From a virus, in IMG/VR virus record IMGVR_UViG_3300023174_006147, positions 1 to 64,000 of that record: 64,000 nucleotides of DNA; one strand, given 5' to 3'. The position numbers and the translations under genes are program-made. Positions within the stretch are counted from its first letter, which is position 1. Each line of letters starts with the position of its first letter. Positions 21,828 to 32,324 of this stretch are shown here, in pieces. A model generated the notes under the pieces. That model saw only the letters and a list, made by a program, of their open reading frames with translations. It was not told where the DNA came from and searched no databases.

Positions 21828-22202
21828 TTATACTAGATTTGCTAACATTTTATATTGTTCCCACGCTTTTTTGACAGCAGGATTCTCATCTTTTACTTCA
21901 TTGGTAAGAATTAAATCATACCAAATTTCTCTTGACCTGCTTGCGTATGCACCAAACTGTCGAGGCTGATGTATTTGGCCATTGTCATACATTCGTTTAG
22001 TTAACTCATGAAATTCCTGTTCACGATCTACATATCCTGACCATTCTCGCATTGTAGTATATCCGAGCCAGATTCCTTGCCATTGCTTGTCATCATGTGG
22101 GTTAAAATCAGTTCGTGTAACGATTACCATTACATCTTCTTCGTCAACTTTGCCATCGATGATATCGAGAATGCAACGGCTATATGACGTTCCAATTTTC
22201 AT
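21828..22202 (-). CDS. hypothetical phage protein
   Basis: 124-aa ORF in operon. Confidence 0.6.
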   Translation of the reverse strand: MKIGTSYSRCILDIIDGKVDEEDVMVIVTRTDFNPHDDKQWQGIWLGYTTMREWSGYVDREQEFHELTKRMYDNGQIHQPRQFGAYASRSREIWYDLILTNEVKDENPAVKKAWEQYKMLANLV

Positions 22203-23440
22203 TTGTATGCCTTTAAAATCATAACTTCGGAGTTGATGCGTCCGTTCATTGTTGTGCCGATTGTTTTAATACCGTCAAACCAGGTCTGTGTTCGTTTTTG
22301 TGTACCAATCGCTTTCAATTCTTTAATTTGAATTTCTGGCTTACGCAATGTCTTTTGAATACTCGTCCTTTCATCAAATCCGATAATGGTTGATCCTTTG
22401 ACCGCCAGTACCTGTGCTCCTTTATCTGCATAGTACACGCCGATTTTTCGAGTTTTCGTGTTAAGTACTACTACAGTAGATGCGCCAATAATCTGAGAAG
22501 GAGGAACACTAGCAACACCGTACCGATCATCAGTTGCTTTAAACTTGATATTCTTAGTTTGATCTTCTGGACTTTTTACCTTGATTTTACGAGGCAATCG
22601 TGTGATTTTAGCCTCGCCTGCAATTTGATCACATGCGTTAGTAATTTGTGTCAGAAAGTCGTGAAACTTCTTGATGTTCTTCTTGCCATAAACTGTATAG
22701 CCTTCCATCAAATCCTTGGGACAATCTGAACTTATAAGTTGTGTATATTCTTCTAGATCCTTGGTGTAAAGACTTTTAATCAACCGTGCATGGCCTGCTT
22801 TGGTTTGTTTACCTCGTAATGTTGCCGCAATCTTGTAAGATGCAGGATCAAATGCCTCGGGATCAATAATGTATGAATCAATTGCTTCTTCGATAAACTC
22901 GGACATTTCATGCGCGACTTCTCTCATACGTTCTTGAATTGAAGGAACATACACGTTCTTTTTCTTTTCAGTACTGGATTCTTTGATTACCATGCTATTG
23001 CCTCGTTCGATTGAATGAGCAATGTGCAATTTAATAAATTCTGAATGAGGCTTTACAATGCCAGATGTGCCAGGCAAAGATTCCCAATATGCAGCATATG
23101 CAGCATTGTAGTCAGGCATTCCGTCTCGAAGAAGCTTGCAAGTAATTCCTACAGACATGCTAATACCATACGCCTTAGCAGCTTTGATATCGTTCGTAGT
23201 ATATTCTTGAGTCCTCATCCATTCCCATACATCCGGTTCAAGATCGGCAGGTTGATAGTTTTCATAATAAAAATCACGCGCCTTCTGTTGATTTTTCATG
23301 TAATCACTAGGAGACCAGGATTCCCATCCATCAAAGCTAGGTCCAATCTTTTTACCATTGCGGCGAGCAACTGGTAATTTTGCAGTTTTCTTTTTGCGTA
23401 CAGTAAGGCCTTTTGGTGCTGATTTGGCTCTGAGTGCCAT
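22199..23440 (-). CDS. hypothetical phage protein
   Basis: 413-aa ORF with SD. Confidence 0.7.
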   Translation of the reverse strand: MALRAKSAPKGLTVRKKKTAKLPVARRNGKKIGPSFDGWESWSPSDYMKNQQKARDFYYENYQPADLEPDVWEWMRTQEYTTNDIKAAKAYGISMSVGITCKLLRDGMPDYNAAYAAYWESLPGTSGIVKPHSEFIKLHIAHSIERGNSMVIKESSTEKKKNVYVPSIQERMREVAHEMSEFIEEAIDSYIIDPEAFDPASYKIAATLRGKQTKAGHARLIKSLYTKDLEEYTQLISSDCPKDLMEGYTVYGKKNIKKFHDFLTQITNACDQIAGEAKITRLPRKIKVKSPEDQTKNIKFKATDDRYGVASVPPSQIIGASTVVVLNTKTRKIGVYYADKGAQVLAVKGSTIIGFDERTSIQKTLRKPEIQIKELKAIGTQKRTQTWFDGIKTIGTTMNGRINSEVMILKAYK

Positions 23441-23481
23441 GATTTATCCTTTAAATTAAATGATTTTCTATTATATTACAA

Positions 23482-24159
23482 TCAATCTGTGATGTCAATA
23501 GTTGCAATTGTCCAACCTAGTTGCTTAAAGTCTTCTTTGATTTCGCCTGTTACTATACCTTCGTCGCCTGTACAATACCAATCAATATAGTCACCTTCTT
23601 GGCGCATGTGCGCAATAATGCCACCTGCATATCTCCAACTACATGACCATTTTCTTTCTTTAAGAATAGACCATAGATCTAATTTTATAAAATCATTGTT
23701 GCATAATGCGGCATACAAATCTTTTGCATAACTATCAGAATTGCGAACTTTTTCTAAAATCCACTGAGTAGAACGGAGATCATATTCTAAACTATATTCT
23801 CTCCATTCCGATGTGCTTTCTTTAATAATTTGCCTAGTATGAATGTCTTTATACATTTGAATAATAGAATCGTCTACTGGTAAATCCCGTTCTTGTTGAT
23901 TTTTAATGTAACAATCTAATTGAAATGTATCTCTGTCCGGACTAGTACTGATATCCAGGTTCTTCGTCATAATCTTCTGGACCTTCGTAAATTTCAGTTT
24001 CATTATCTTTGAGAACTTTGATAAACGTGAATATAACATCTTCACTCTCGACATAAAACCCACCATCGTCTTCAAGGTCATCTCCGTTATAAGAAATTCC
24101 GGAAAATAGATACCATCCTTCGATCTCACTATACATAATAGAAAGTTTTGATGGATCAA
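23482..24159 (-). CDS. hypothetical phage protein
   Basis: LYAALCNN...WSCSWRYAGG...YIDWYC; real start probably MTKNLD (~23970). Confidence 0.55.
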   Translation of the reverse strand: MIHQNFLLCIVRSKDGIYFPEFLITEMTLKTMVGFMSRVKMLYSRLSKFSKIMKLKFTKVQKIMTKNLDISTSPDRDTFQLDCYIKNQQERDLPVDDSIIQMYKDIHTRQIIKESTSEWREYSLEYDLRSTQWILEKVRNSDSYAKDLYAALCNNDFIKLDLWSILKERKWSCSWRYAGGIIAHMRQEGDYIDWYCTGDEGIVTGEIKEDFKQLGWTIATIDITD

Positions 24160-24622
24160 ACGGCGCTTTAAGGTCTATCTCCTTTTCAAAGAATGTGCCC
24201 TTCATGTCACTTTGACCGTAAAATACCGTTGTTTCTGGAGAAAGGTCCTCAACCATGCACTCATTGACACAGTCAACATTGCATCCAGCTTCTTCAAGGA
24301 CATCTGGAGACATCGTGCTTGACCAAATAGTTTCACCTTCAGAATTTCTAACTTCTATAAATGATTTTTCATCCATTTCTGCACCGTGCTCGTGTGCAAT
24401 GTCATTGCATTCAAGCCAATTGTGTGGAGCATACGGCTGAAACTCAGTAGGAACGCTTACTGCGTGAATATCATATGAATACTCAAAAATATCAATTGAG
24501 TTGTTCTTGAAGTGTTCATATGTTCCAGGTGAAATAGTTCCTATAACTACTTCGCCTCCGTTTCCATGTATAGTAATAGTATGAATTTTAGAAGATTCTA
24601 CTTGTGCTTCATGAGTTGTCAT
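23942..24622 (-). CDS. acidic hypothetical protein
   Basis: 226-aa D/E-rich ORF. Confidence 0.6.
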   Translation of the reverse strand: MTTHEAQVESSKIHTITIHGNGGEVVIGTISPGTYEHFKNNSIDIFEYSYDIHAVSVPTEFQPYAPHNWLECNDIAHEHGAEMDEKSFIEVRNSEGETIWSSTMSPDVLEEAGCNVDCVNECMVEDLSPETTVFYGQSDMKGTFFEKEIDLKAPFDPSKLSIMYSEIEGWYLFSGISYNGDDLEDDGGFYVESEDVIFTFIKVLKDNETEIYEGPEDYDEEPGYQY

Positions 24623-24626
24623 TTCT

Positions 24627-24986
24627 TTACCTTTCGTTACGGTGCAAAATTAATGTCTTTAATTCTTCAAATGGAACAATTTTCCAATCGGTATTGGATG
24701 CAATTCCGCCCCTATCTGTTACCAGAAATACATGATCTGGAAATCTAGACTTTATTACGGAAATAACTTCATCGTCATTTTTACCCTGTGCTAAAAACAA
24801 TGACTTATCAATATCAAACCAATAATCAATACCATCAATTTTTTCTATGCTCACTGAATGAACAATGTTGTTAAGATAATCAATTAATTGAGTTTTTCTA
24901 GTACTATTGGCCGTATGATACAAGTGCCTGATATAAAATACTATGAGAACTATAATAGCGCAAGTTATAAATGTCATCAAGTCCAT
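24627..24986 (-). CDS. membrane-anchored hypothetical protein
   Basis: N-terminal TM helix. Confidence 0.5.
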   Translation of the reverse strand: MDLMTFITCAIIVLIVFYIRHLYHTANSTRKTQLIDYLNNIVHSVSIEKIDGIDYWFDIDKSLFLAQGKNDDEVISVIKSRFPDHVFLVTDRGGIASNTDWKIVPFEELKTLILHRNER

Positions 24987-25792
24987 AGGCCATTCCTCAC
25001 TTTGATTAATCTGATCATCATTTCTTCGTCTTCTGCTTCATATTTTGCTTCAAGGTCATGCAGTGTATTTAAAAGCCTGCGAGATTCTTCCTTATTCTCC
25101 AGCGGATCGGTTTCGAGAACGTCAATACCGCGCTTACGCTTTTCATCGCAGTATGCACTCCAACCGCTTACATCGTAGGGATCCGGACGGTTAGGATAGA
25201 CTTCAGTCCACCAAAGGTAAAGCGCCTTGATTTCCATTGCCTGCAAGGCTTGACGTGTAGGCTTACCGTAGTTAGGATCGTCTTCGCTGACCCATTCTTC
25301 GTTGTGGGTAAGGCTAGCAGCCCAATCAAGGTGTGCGAGTCCTGCTTCACGACTGCGCCATGTACGCCAGCCCTGACGACGGAGCCATGAAGTTTTGTAT
25401 TTTTTACTGGCTTTCTCGTCCCAAACAACATTCATCCAGGCGGTTTCGATTTCAACAAAGTCAACCAACTCATTAAATAGGCAAGGAAGGAATCTATCCC
25501 CCACATCACGCCAACTACCAGGACAAATATCCCGGCGATGAGCAGTAAGAGCATGGCTCCTAGTAATAAACCGATTGTTAATATAATATCGAACACTGCG
25601 AATTTTATCCGGGACATACATGTAAACATCTTGTAAATAATCTAACCCCTCTTCTGCAATCCACCATCGAATAGGATGTGCTGCCTTAGCCTTGATTTTC
25701 CATTCTTTCCAATCGTCGCCTGTGCCCCATTTAGGCTTGGCGGTGCCACGAAGCCAGTCAGCAAACGGACCACATGTCCAATAATTTCTCAT
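24977..25792 (-). CDS. Trp-rich hypothetical phage protein
   Basis: 271-aa ORF coupled to neighbours. Confidence 0.65.
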   Translation of the reverse strand: MRNYWTCGPFADWLRGTAKPKWGTGDDWKEWKIKAKAAHPIRWWIAEEGLDYLQDVYMYVPDKIRSVRYYINNRFITRSHALTAHRRDICPGSWRDVGDRFLPCLFNELVDFVEIETAWMNVVWDEKASKKYKTSWLRRQGWRTWRSREAGLAHLDWAASLTHNEEWVSEDDPNYGKPTRQALQAMEIKALYLWWTEVYPNRPDPYDVSGWSAYCDEKRKRGIDVLETDPLENKEESRRLLNTLHDLEAKYEAEDEEMMIRLIKVRNGLWT

Positions 25793-26214
25793 CGTTTAAA
25801 CTCCTTGATATCGGTGATTGCTCGTTTAAGTGCCTCTGCGTAATTCAGTGCCTGCTGCTCACGCATAATGAGTGCAACATTATATTTAATAGTACCTTTT
25901 GTTAAAAGTTGCCAAATCAACTTCCAACGAGAAATTCTCCACGAGGGAGTTTCCGCAGTTGTCCAAATTTCTACAGTAACTCCAAAATCTTCGTCAGCTG
26001 ATACATCTACGGTATGTGCATGGTTAGGATCAGTGCATTCACATTCAACGTGGTAGGTTTTAGCATTACCCCAATCTCGTTGGAGTAAAATACCTTCTGC
26101 CGGTAATTGCGAGTTCATCGTGGATTCCTTAATTGATTGTTTTAGGAGACTTGTTAAAAATTTCTCTAATCTCTTCTGCCTCGTCATCTTCAATGATTTC
26201 GACATTATCATCAT
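25789..26214 (-). CDS. hypothetical protein
   Basis: real start probably MNSQLP (~26118). Confidence 0.5.
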   Translation of the reverse strand: MMIMSKSLKMTRQKRLEKFLTSLLKQSIKESTMNSQLPAEGILLQRDWGNAKTYHVECECTDPNHAHTVDVSADEDFGVTVEIWTTAETPSWRISRWKLIWQLLTKGTIKYNVALIMREQQALNYAEALKRAITDIKEFKR

Positions 26215-26338
26215 TCAATTTGCTCAAAAAGCCATCACTACTGAGCAATTCTGTGATCTTGGCAACAAATGCATCCAGTTCCGACTGGGTACCTTCAAAA
26301 TCATCAAATGATCCTGGCTCAAATATAATTTTAGTCAT
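26129..26338 (-). CDS. small acidic protein
   Basis: 69 aa. Confidence 0.5.
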   Translation of the reverse strand: MTKIIFEPGSFDDFEGTQSELDAFVAKITELLSSDGFLSKLNDDNVEIIEDDEAEEIREIFNKSPKTIN

Positions 26339-26340
26339 TA

Positions 26341-26880
26341 TTAAAAACTCCCACTACGCATTAAGTATAACATATGATTATATATCCTAAAAGTATTTTC
26401 TGCATCCGTTTGTGCATCGTGTGCTTCACCTTGGAATTTTAGACCAAATCGTTTCATGGTAGTACTAAGTCCGCCACTGAGTACTCGATCCTCGCGAACG
26501 ATCATTCTGGTCACTGCAACAGTTTTTGCATCAATCCACCTACGCCCAAAACACCAATCAGTGCGAACAGTAGGATCAAGTTGATCAAATAACTCTTGAC
26601 TATCAGCACCACCCCATGTCACTGGATTAATAAAGTCCGCATTTTTGTGAAAATCTTTTAATTGAATGTATGCTTCTTCTAAACTTAGACCATTATCAAC
26701 TTGCTCTTGTGAGATTTTACACAAATTTATAATATCTGGATTAAGGAGCTCATTGGGATTTACATAAATTCGAAGTCGCCCAGAAATAACTCCAGAACTG
26801 GTGTCGCCAATAACTGCACCAATTTGAATTATCTTGCCACTTGGCTGATTCATTTCAAGGTCTAGACAGGTTAGTTTCAT
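26341..26880 (-). CDS. DEDDh 3'-5' exonuclease (DnaQ-like)
   Basis: LDLE, D, HDAQTDA. Confidence 0.85.
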   Translation of the reverse strand: MKLTCLDLEMNQPSGKIIQIGAVIGDTSSGVISGRLRIYVNPNELLNPDIINLCKISQEQVDNGLSLEEAYIQLKDFHKNADFINPVTWGGADSQELFDQLDPTVRTDWCFGRRWIDAKTVAVTRMIVREDRVLSGGLSTTMKRFGLKFQGEAHDAQTDAENTFRIYNHMLYLMRSGSF

Positions 26881-26916
26881 CTAGGTATTTTAACAACTAA
26901 TGTATTGTAAGTCAAG

Positions 26917-27246
26917 CTATTTCCATTTAAGATAATACATGGTCTTTGTAGGTTCAGCAAACGTTGCTACGATTTTGAATTGTTCTCCATTGCGATCATA
27001 TTCTTTATAGCTATTGTACCATAGGTCATTATATGAGTTTTCTAGAACCCATTTACCTTTGTCAGAATTTAGAAACATGTTAAACATTTCTGCAATATGA
27101 TTGAGAGAATTAAAATTTCTAATATCATCAGGAACAAAGAACTGGTAGACAACGCATTGACTTAATTTAATTAGTCGGTTGTCTACCAGTTTATATTCTT
27201 TGAATTCACTTGCATTACGCCAATGTATTAGCGATTTTTCTTCCAT
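26917..27246 (-). CDS. hypothetical protein
   Basis: 109 aa. Confidence 0.5.
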   Translation of the reverse strand: MEEKSLIHWRNASEFKEYKLVDNRLIKLSQCVVYQFFVPDDIRNFNSLNHIAEMFNMFLNSDKGKWVLENSYNDLWYNSYKEYDRNGEQFKIVATFAEPTKTMYYLKWK

Positions 27247-27659
27247 TAAGATGATTTTTTCTTCTTACGATAATAGTGTTTTTTATTATTTTTAGGAAGA
27301 ACTGTAGTCGAAGTGTTTGCAGATTTGGTAGTATTTGAATCATGCCATTCCTCAAATTGAGGAATTGGCAATCCTACTTTTCGCAGAAAACGATTAGCGC
27401 CTACTAATCCCTCTCTACGAAAAAGTGCAATTGGTCCCTGAGAATCTGGACTAATTTGCGCAAATTCTCTGACTTCATATACTGGATCGATTCCAGTTTG
27501 TACTTGAATTACATAAAATTCGTTGTCTGGACTATGCCCCTCATTGAGGTGTTCAAAGTCGATAATCTCAACAATACGACCTTTGGTGAGTTTTTTCTCT
27601 CCCATATGAATCCAGACTGTGTCTTTAATGTTATATTCTTTTTTTATAATATCAGGCAT
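27246..27659 (-). CDS. hypothetical protein
   Basis: 137 aa. Confidence 0.5.
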   Translation of the reverse strand: MPDIIKKEYNIKDTVWIHMGEKKLTKGRIVEIIDFEHLNEGHSPDNEFYVIQVQTGIDPVYEVREFAQISPDSQGPIALFRREGLVGANRFLRKVGLPIPQFEEWHDSNTTKSANTSTTVLPKNNKKHYYRKKKKSS

Positions 27660-27819
27660 CGTCTAATACTTTCCCTTCGAGTAAATCTTTGACAAATTTT
27701 AGTGCTTTTTTTGTAGTATCAAACACGTATTCATCGTCCTCGTCGATGGTGCGCAAAGCAATAACGACGCCATTTTTGACTTTACGCAACTCGACTGATT
27801 CAAACTCCATATAGGATCC

Positions 27820-28542
27820 TTATTGTGGAACTGATAAATTATAATTAAAGTGAAAAATTCCAATATGTGAAATTTCTTTGCTTAACTCGTGGTCACACCA
27901 CACTTGGAATCCATTTTCTCTGGCTTTCCTGCAGAAATAAATGTCTTCTCCAATTTCAAGATTCATATCTGGTACAAAGTCCTGAATATAATGAGGCTGT
28001 GGAATTTTTTCATATACTGAGCGATGCACCAAAACACATCCGTGTGGAAGCACATCAACGTCTTGCATTGCGGGGCTATTGTCGTCGGTAATCAGTTCTT
28101 GGAAGTTGCCAGGCTGACCCATCATTCCAGTAAATCCTGGATTTGGAAATCTACGGCGACGATAATTAGCTCCAACTAGTGGAACATTACGATTTAATAG
28201 ACGAATTGGCGCGTCGATTGGAAACTTCATGTCTGAGTCTACCCACCATGCATAGTCAAAATCACTTTTCATAAAAATGTCAGTGAGGTTTCGTCTTGCA
28301 ATTGTAATCACACTTCCGATATTAAATGCACAATTAATTTTAATTCCGTTTGCAACTAGATTGGCACATGCCATGGCAAGATGCTGTGCAAACTCTGCGT
28401 TTACCATTTCCATTGCAGGAACCAGTATCATCACGCTAGGTTGTTTGTTATTCTGCGGTTGCATTACGGGATTAGGAGTGGCCGCTTGCGGAACTGGTGA
28501 AGCTTTGCGAGCGGGAATTTGTAGTTTGCCTTTGTTTTTCAT
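27820..28542 (-). CDS. GT-A/GT2-like glycosyltransferase
   Basis: ARRNL, WVDSDM (DxD), GEDIYFC, IGIF. Confidence 0.7.
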   Translation of the reverse strand: MKNKGKLQIPARKASPVPQAATPNPVMQPQNNKQPSVMILVPAMEMVNAEFAQHLAMACANLVANGIKINCAFNIGSVITIARRNLTDIFMKSDFDYAWWVDSDMKFPIDAPIRLLNRNVPLVGANYRRRRFPNPGFTGMMGQPGNFQELITDDNSPAMQDVDVLPHGCVLVHRSVYEKIPQPHYIQDFVPDMNLEIGEDIYFCRKARENGFQVWCDHELSKEISHIGIFHFNYNLSVPQ

Positions 28543-28585
28543 GTTAGTCCTTTTTTAACATTCTATTATCTTAAACCAAATCTGT

Positions 28586-29263
28586 CTATTTGTCAAGCTT
28601 TTTGTATACTTTTTTGAGTAATCGTCGTAAAATTGGCTGTGTTAAATCACTTCCAAACACATTAAAATATACCCAGAGATTTATGCTTTCTTTAATGGTT
28701 ATTTTTGACGGTTGATTTAATTTTTCTAAAATTATTGCACTGTCATTCAATTCGGTTGCAATATTATGTGCATATGCGTCAATTTCATCTGGATTTGCTA
28801 GATATTCAAATCCTTCATCGGAATAATATTGGCATCGATGATCTATTTCAATAAAATCTCTTGTTCTTGCCTGTTTCATATGAATCAGTTCATGAGCAAG
28901 TGCGTCTGATAAATTATTGACAAATCGTTTATAACAATCTTTGTCAAAAATTATACATGTTTCTCTGGGATGTGTTATCAAAACAATATCTATAGAAATT
29001 TTACATGCTTCATCTTCTTCAGAGTCATAGTATGCGTTTAAATTAACATCTCCTGGATCAACTTCTGGAGATGTGGCACAAAAAACGTTTACACTAAACC
29101 TGTTGGCAATAAATTCACCAATTTCTTTGACAAAATCATCGACCGCAAAAACTCGATTTATTGCCAGATCTTTGATATCATTGAATACGTTATGTATAAT
29201 TTCTCTTGTGGGAATTTTTACACGCTCATCAAATTTTGGTGCACAATTAAATCTAGTCGCCAT
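28586..29263 (-). CDS. HEXXH zinc-metallopeptidase-like protein
   Basis: AHELIH...EIDAYA. Confidence 0.6.
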   Translation of the reverse strand: MATRFNCAPKFDERVKIPTREIIHNVFNDIKDLAINRVFAVDDFVKEIGEFIANRFSVNVFCATSPEVDPGDVNLNAYYDSEEDEACKISIDIVLITHPRETCIIFDKDCYKRFVNNLSDALAHELIHMKQARTRDFIEIDHRCQYYSDEGFEYLANPDEIDAYAHNIATELNDSAIILEKLNQPSKITIKESINLWVYFNVFGSDLTQPILRRLLKKVYKKLDK

Positions 29264-29683
29264 TTAAAGTTTCTCTACAGATACATTAGACTTTTTTAAG
29301 AATTGAATTCCGGAGTCGTCTCTATATACCGTTTTATAATAAACGCTTTTGATACCAGATTGAAGAATCAATTTTGCACAATCAAGGCAAGGACTTAGCG
29401 TAATATAAAGATCCGCGTTCTCGCCTGATTCAGTGGATTTTGCTAATTTTGCAATACAGTTGCTTTCTGCGTGAAGTACTTCTGGTCGTGTTAGTAAAGA
29501 ACCATCATCTAATTCAATTTCGCAGTTGTTATCCCATCCACTGGGCATTCCGTTCCACCCAGTTGATATAATTCTACCATTTTTGACAATAATAGATCCT
29601 ACTTTACGCCTACGTGCATGACTTTCTTGTGCAACTCGTTCCGCAATATCAATATACAGAGAGTGCCGAGGTCTGTCGGTCAT
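29264..29683 (-). CDS. dCMP deaminase
   Basis: GWNG, HAESN, PCLDC; start moved to MTDRP because the ORF-track start lies in the tRNA-like gene. Confidence 0.9.
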   Translation of the reverse strand: MTDRPRHSLYIDIAERVAQESHARRRKVGSIIVKNGRIISTGWNGMPSGWDNNCEIELDDGSLLTRPEVLHAESNCIAKLAKSTESGENADLYITLSPCLDCAKLILQSGIKSVYYKTVYRDDSGIQFLKKSNVSVEKL

Positions 29684-29698
29684 TTTATACCTTTGTAA

Positions 29699-29802
29699 TG
29701 GTGCGGCCGGGAGGGCTTGAACCTCCAAGGACTGTGTCTAAGACGTTGTCCCATCCTCGTCCAGAAGGATCGAGAGCTTTGCCATAATTTGCTCACGGCC
29801 GC
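29699..29802 (-). ncRNA. atypical Leu-like tRNA-like RNA (104 nt)
   Basis: GCGGCCG/CGGCCGC acceptor + ACCA, T arm GGTTCAAGCC, aberrant 8-nt anticodon loop, long arm. Confidence 0.6.
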
Positions 29803-29832
29803 ATATAATATATAATTATACAAAATTTTACT

Positions 29833-30204
29833 TTAATCCGCAACTGATTTTTGACTATCGCCTGGCATTACGCGATAATTGTCTTCGACACTATCTGGAG
29901 TACTTACTTCAATGATTGTTCCTGCTTCGATACAAGTAACTCGGTGTGGAACTAATGGAGGAATGTGTTGTGTATTGCCTTCGATCAGCGTAATTTTTCT
30001 TATACTAGCATCTTTTGTATCAATCATTTCGACTTCAAATACGCCACTTAGTACAAACCAAGTTTCATCTTTTTCACAGTGAAAGTGCATGGAAAATTTT
30101 GAACCTTTATTAAATTCCATCATTTTTCCGCAATACTTGTCGTTAGTTGCCCATATTAATTCATGGCCCCAACCTTTTTTTACAAAACCTTCTAACCGAG
30201 TCAT
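29833..30204 (-). CDS. cupin (sugar isomerase-like)
   Basis: SMHFHCEKDETW...PHR. Confidence 0.75.
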   Translation of the reverse strand: MTRLEGFVKKGWGHELIWATNDKYCGKMMEFNKGSKFSMHFHCEKDETWFVLSGVFEVEMIDTKDASIRKITLIEGNTQHIPPLVPHRVTCIEAGTIIEVSTPDSVEDNYRVMPGDSQKSVAD

Positions 30205-31004
30205 TTTATTTCCTTTAATCTAGGTGCATATACTCCGGGATGTTGTACTGTGAGAGCACTAGCACGATTTGCAAAATCCATGGAGTCTGCTATGCTATTA
30301 GTATTTAAATAGCTGTAAACTATGGCAGCTAAAAATGTATCACCAGCACCGCACACGTCAACTACTTCGGTAGGAGCAGCAGCATAAATCTTTCCTTGGT
30401 ATTCAGAACCACGATCTCCTAGTGTAGTGATAATATTACTACATATACTTGTAGCCGCTGCTCGTTCTTTTTCATTTATTTTAACGTAGCAACCTTCAAA
30501 ATATTCCAAATCTGTTTTTTTAGTGTCAACAAAAATAGGACCGGTGAATGTATCTCGTAAATCTCGTATTGAAGTATACCCTATAAATCCTTTGTTATAA
30601 TCACTGATAACTATGGCATCAAAGTCATGTATATTACTGATTTTAGATTCAATGTATTCAATAGTCACCGGATCACTGGCAACATCATCGTCTAATCTTA
30701 ATAAATGTTGTCCTGACCTACTGTCGATCATTCTAGTTTTTTTACTGGAGTTTCCAGTAATACAAACAACATTGCAATTTAAATTTAATAGATTAATTTC
30801 TACATTACTTGCCATTCCTGGCAAAGTATATTCATGTGTAAATTTAAATACAGGAACAGGTGCTTCTGGACTAATTCTGTCCACAACTCCGTACTTGTAT
30901 ACGTCTAAACACGTATCACCTAGAAGTAATATCCTGAATTTTTTTGGTTGTTGAAAAATGCTTAAGTCGCTCATAAAAATAAATTTCTTTACAGTATTCT
31001 GCAC
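30201..31004 (-). CDS. hldA: HldE/RfaE kinase domain (HldA-like, PfkB family)
   Basis: RISPEAPVP, SDYNKG, DVCGAGDTF. Confidence 0.85.
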   Translation of the reverse strand: MQNTVKKFIFMSDLSIFQQPKKFRILLLGDTCLDVYKYGVVDRISPEAPVPVFKFTHEYTLPGMASNVEINLLNLNCNVVCITGNSSKKTRMIDSRSGQHLLRLDDDVASDPVTIEYIESKISNIHDFDAIVISDYNKGFIGYTSIRDLRDTFTGPIFVDTKKTDLEYFEGCYVKINEKERAAATSICSNIITTLGDRGSEYQGKIYAAAPTEVVDVCGAGDTFLAAIVYSYLNTNSIADSMDFANRASALTVQHPGVYAPRLKEIK

Positions 31005-31320
31005 CTAAAATCATGGTGCCACGATAATCACTGCCTTTGACCATTACGTCTGGATCAAATGCACGAATATTAGCAACGAGTTCTTCGTCACTGTCAAAAG
31101 TATTTACATAGTCAACATACCTTAGTGCCAATAACATGATTTTACGTTCTTCGGCAGTATTGATTGGTCTGCTCGGACCCTTGAGTTCGCTGACTCTTCT
31201 ATCTGAATCAATTAAAACCAATACTCCTGAATTGGGATATGCAGTTTTTGCATGTCGGAGCAATTCAAGATGTCCGACATGCAAAATATCAAAGGTACCG
31301 TTTACTACAACTCTAGTCAT
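30916..31320 (-). CDS. hldC: HldE nucleotidyltransferase domain (HldC-like)
   Basis: NGTFDILHVGH, LKGPSRP, KGSDY, STT. Confidence 0.85.
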   Translation of the reverse strand: MTRVVVNGTFDILHVGHLELLRHAKTAYPNSGVLVLIDSDRRVSELKGPSRPINTAEERKIMLLALRYVDYVNTFDSDEELVANIRAFDPDVMVKGSDYRGTMILGAEYCKEIYFYERLKHFSTTKKIQDITSR

Positions 31321-31810
31321 TGCCTAGTACTAGGCCCTTAAGGATATCTAAGGTTTCTAGCAGGTTGCCTGTGTGCAAGATGCCATTGCCGCCAACTTCA
31401 GTCCATTCGACGATATTGCTGGGCTTGTCGTCGATAAGAATATCGCCCGGCTTACAGTGATCCTTCTTGTTCTTGGCAAACGGGCCAAAGTGAACAGGAA
31501 TATCCGGATAATGCTTCTGTCCCCAGAGCACCTTATCGTAAAACGCCCAATGAACATCGTTGCCCTTGGGAACAGCAGTTAAGAACAACAGTTCATAATT
31601 GCGGGTGTCTCGTAAATACCGACAGTATTCGACCAACGCATCTGCTTCCTTTGTTTTTTCAAGAAGAAAGTAGATGCGAGGATCGCGGATAATGCTGCTC
31701 CAGACTTCATCAGGCCAGCGCCCATCAGGAGCAGGTTGTCCAAGTACCTTGCTGGCGTAGCCGTCAAAATCGGCAACTACACCATCCATGTCCAGAAAAA
31801 TTGTGGTCAT
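31313..31810 (-). CDS. 5'(3')-deoxyribonucleotidase (NT5C-type HAD)
   Basis: FLDMDGVVADF...LIDD. Confidence 0.8.
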   Translation of the reverse strand: MTTIFLDMDGVVADFDGYASKVLGQPAPDGRWPDEVWSSIIRDPRIYFLLEKTKEADALVEYCRYLRDTRNYELLFLTAVPKGNDVHWAFYDKVLWGQKHYPDIPVHFGPFAKNKKDHCKPGDILIDDKPSNIVEWTEVGGNGILHTGNLLETLDILKGLVLGND

Positions 31811-31814
31811 AATT

Positions 31815-32324
31815 TTAATTCCCTTCTAAAACTTCCACGTCTGCAAAAGAATTCACTACCGTAATTTCACGAAATCCTTCATCATGCGTAGGAAACTGAA
31901 ACGATGCAAGCATGGACTGAATCACGTTTCCAGGAATCGTCTTACCCGGACGCGAGTTTAGGCGACGATTCCATTCCGAGCGATCTTCAGGAACATCAAA
32001 CACCACAGCGTTGAAAGTGTATCCATACTTTGCAAGAAAATCAATAAACTTACGACGGCTCTTTCTGCTCATGTTAGTACGATCAATGATAATCGGATCA
32101 CCGTCCTCGGCGGTCATCTTAAGATCATTCCACATGACCTTGTCAGCGAAACCAACAAGTTCTTTGAACCCGTCATCGTAGGTCATGCCATATTCATGAG
32201 CAATATCTTCGATGATTGAATCAGTGGATGCAACATAGGTATTTTCAATCCACGGCAAATTATCGACCCAGGTGCTTTTACCCGAGCAAGGAGCGCCGAC
32301 GAGAATAGTACAAATCTTAGTCAT
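31815..32324 (-). CDS. polynucleotide kinase-like P-loop protein (AAA_33)
   Basis: GAPCSGKSTW, STD, IIDRTN. Confidence 0.75.
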   Translation of the reverse strand: MTKICTILVGAPCSGKSTWVDNLPWIENTYVASTDSIIEDIAHEYGMTYDDGFKELVGFADKVMWNDLKMTAEDGDPIIIDRTNMSRKSRRKFIDFLAKYGYTFNAVVFDVPEDRSEWNRRLNSRPGKTIPGNVIQSMLASFQFPTHDEGFREITVVNSFADVEVLEGN

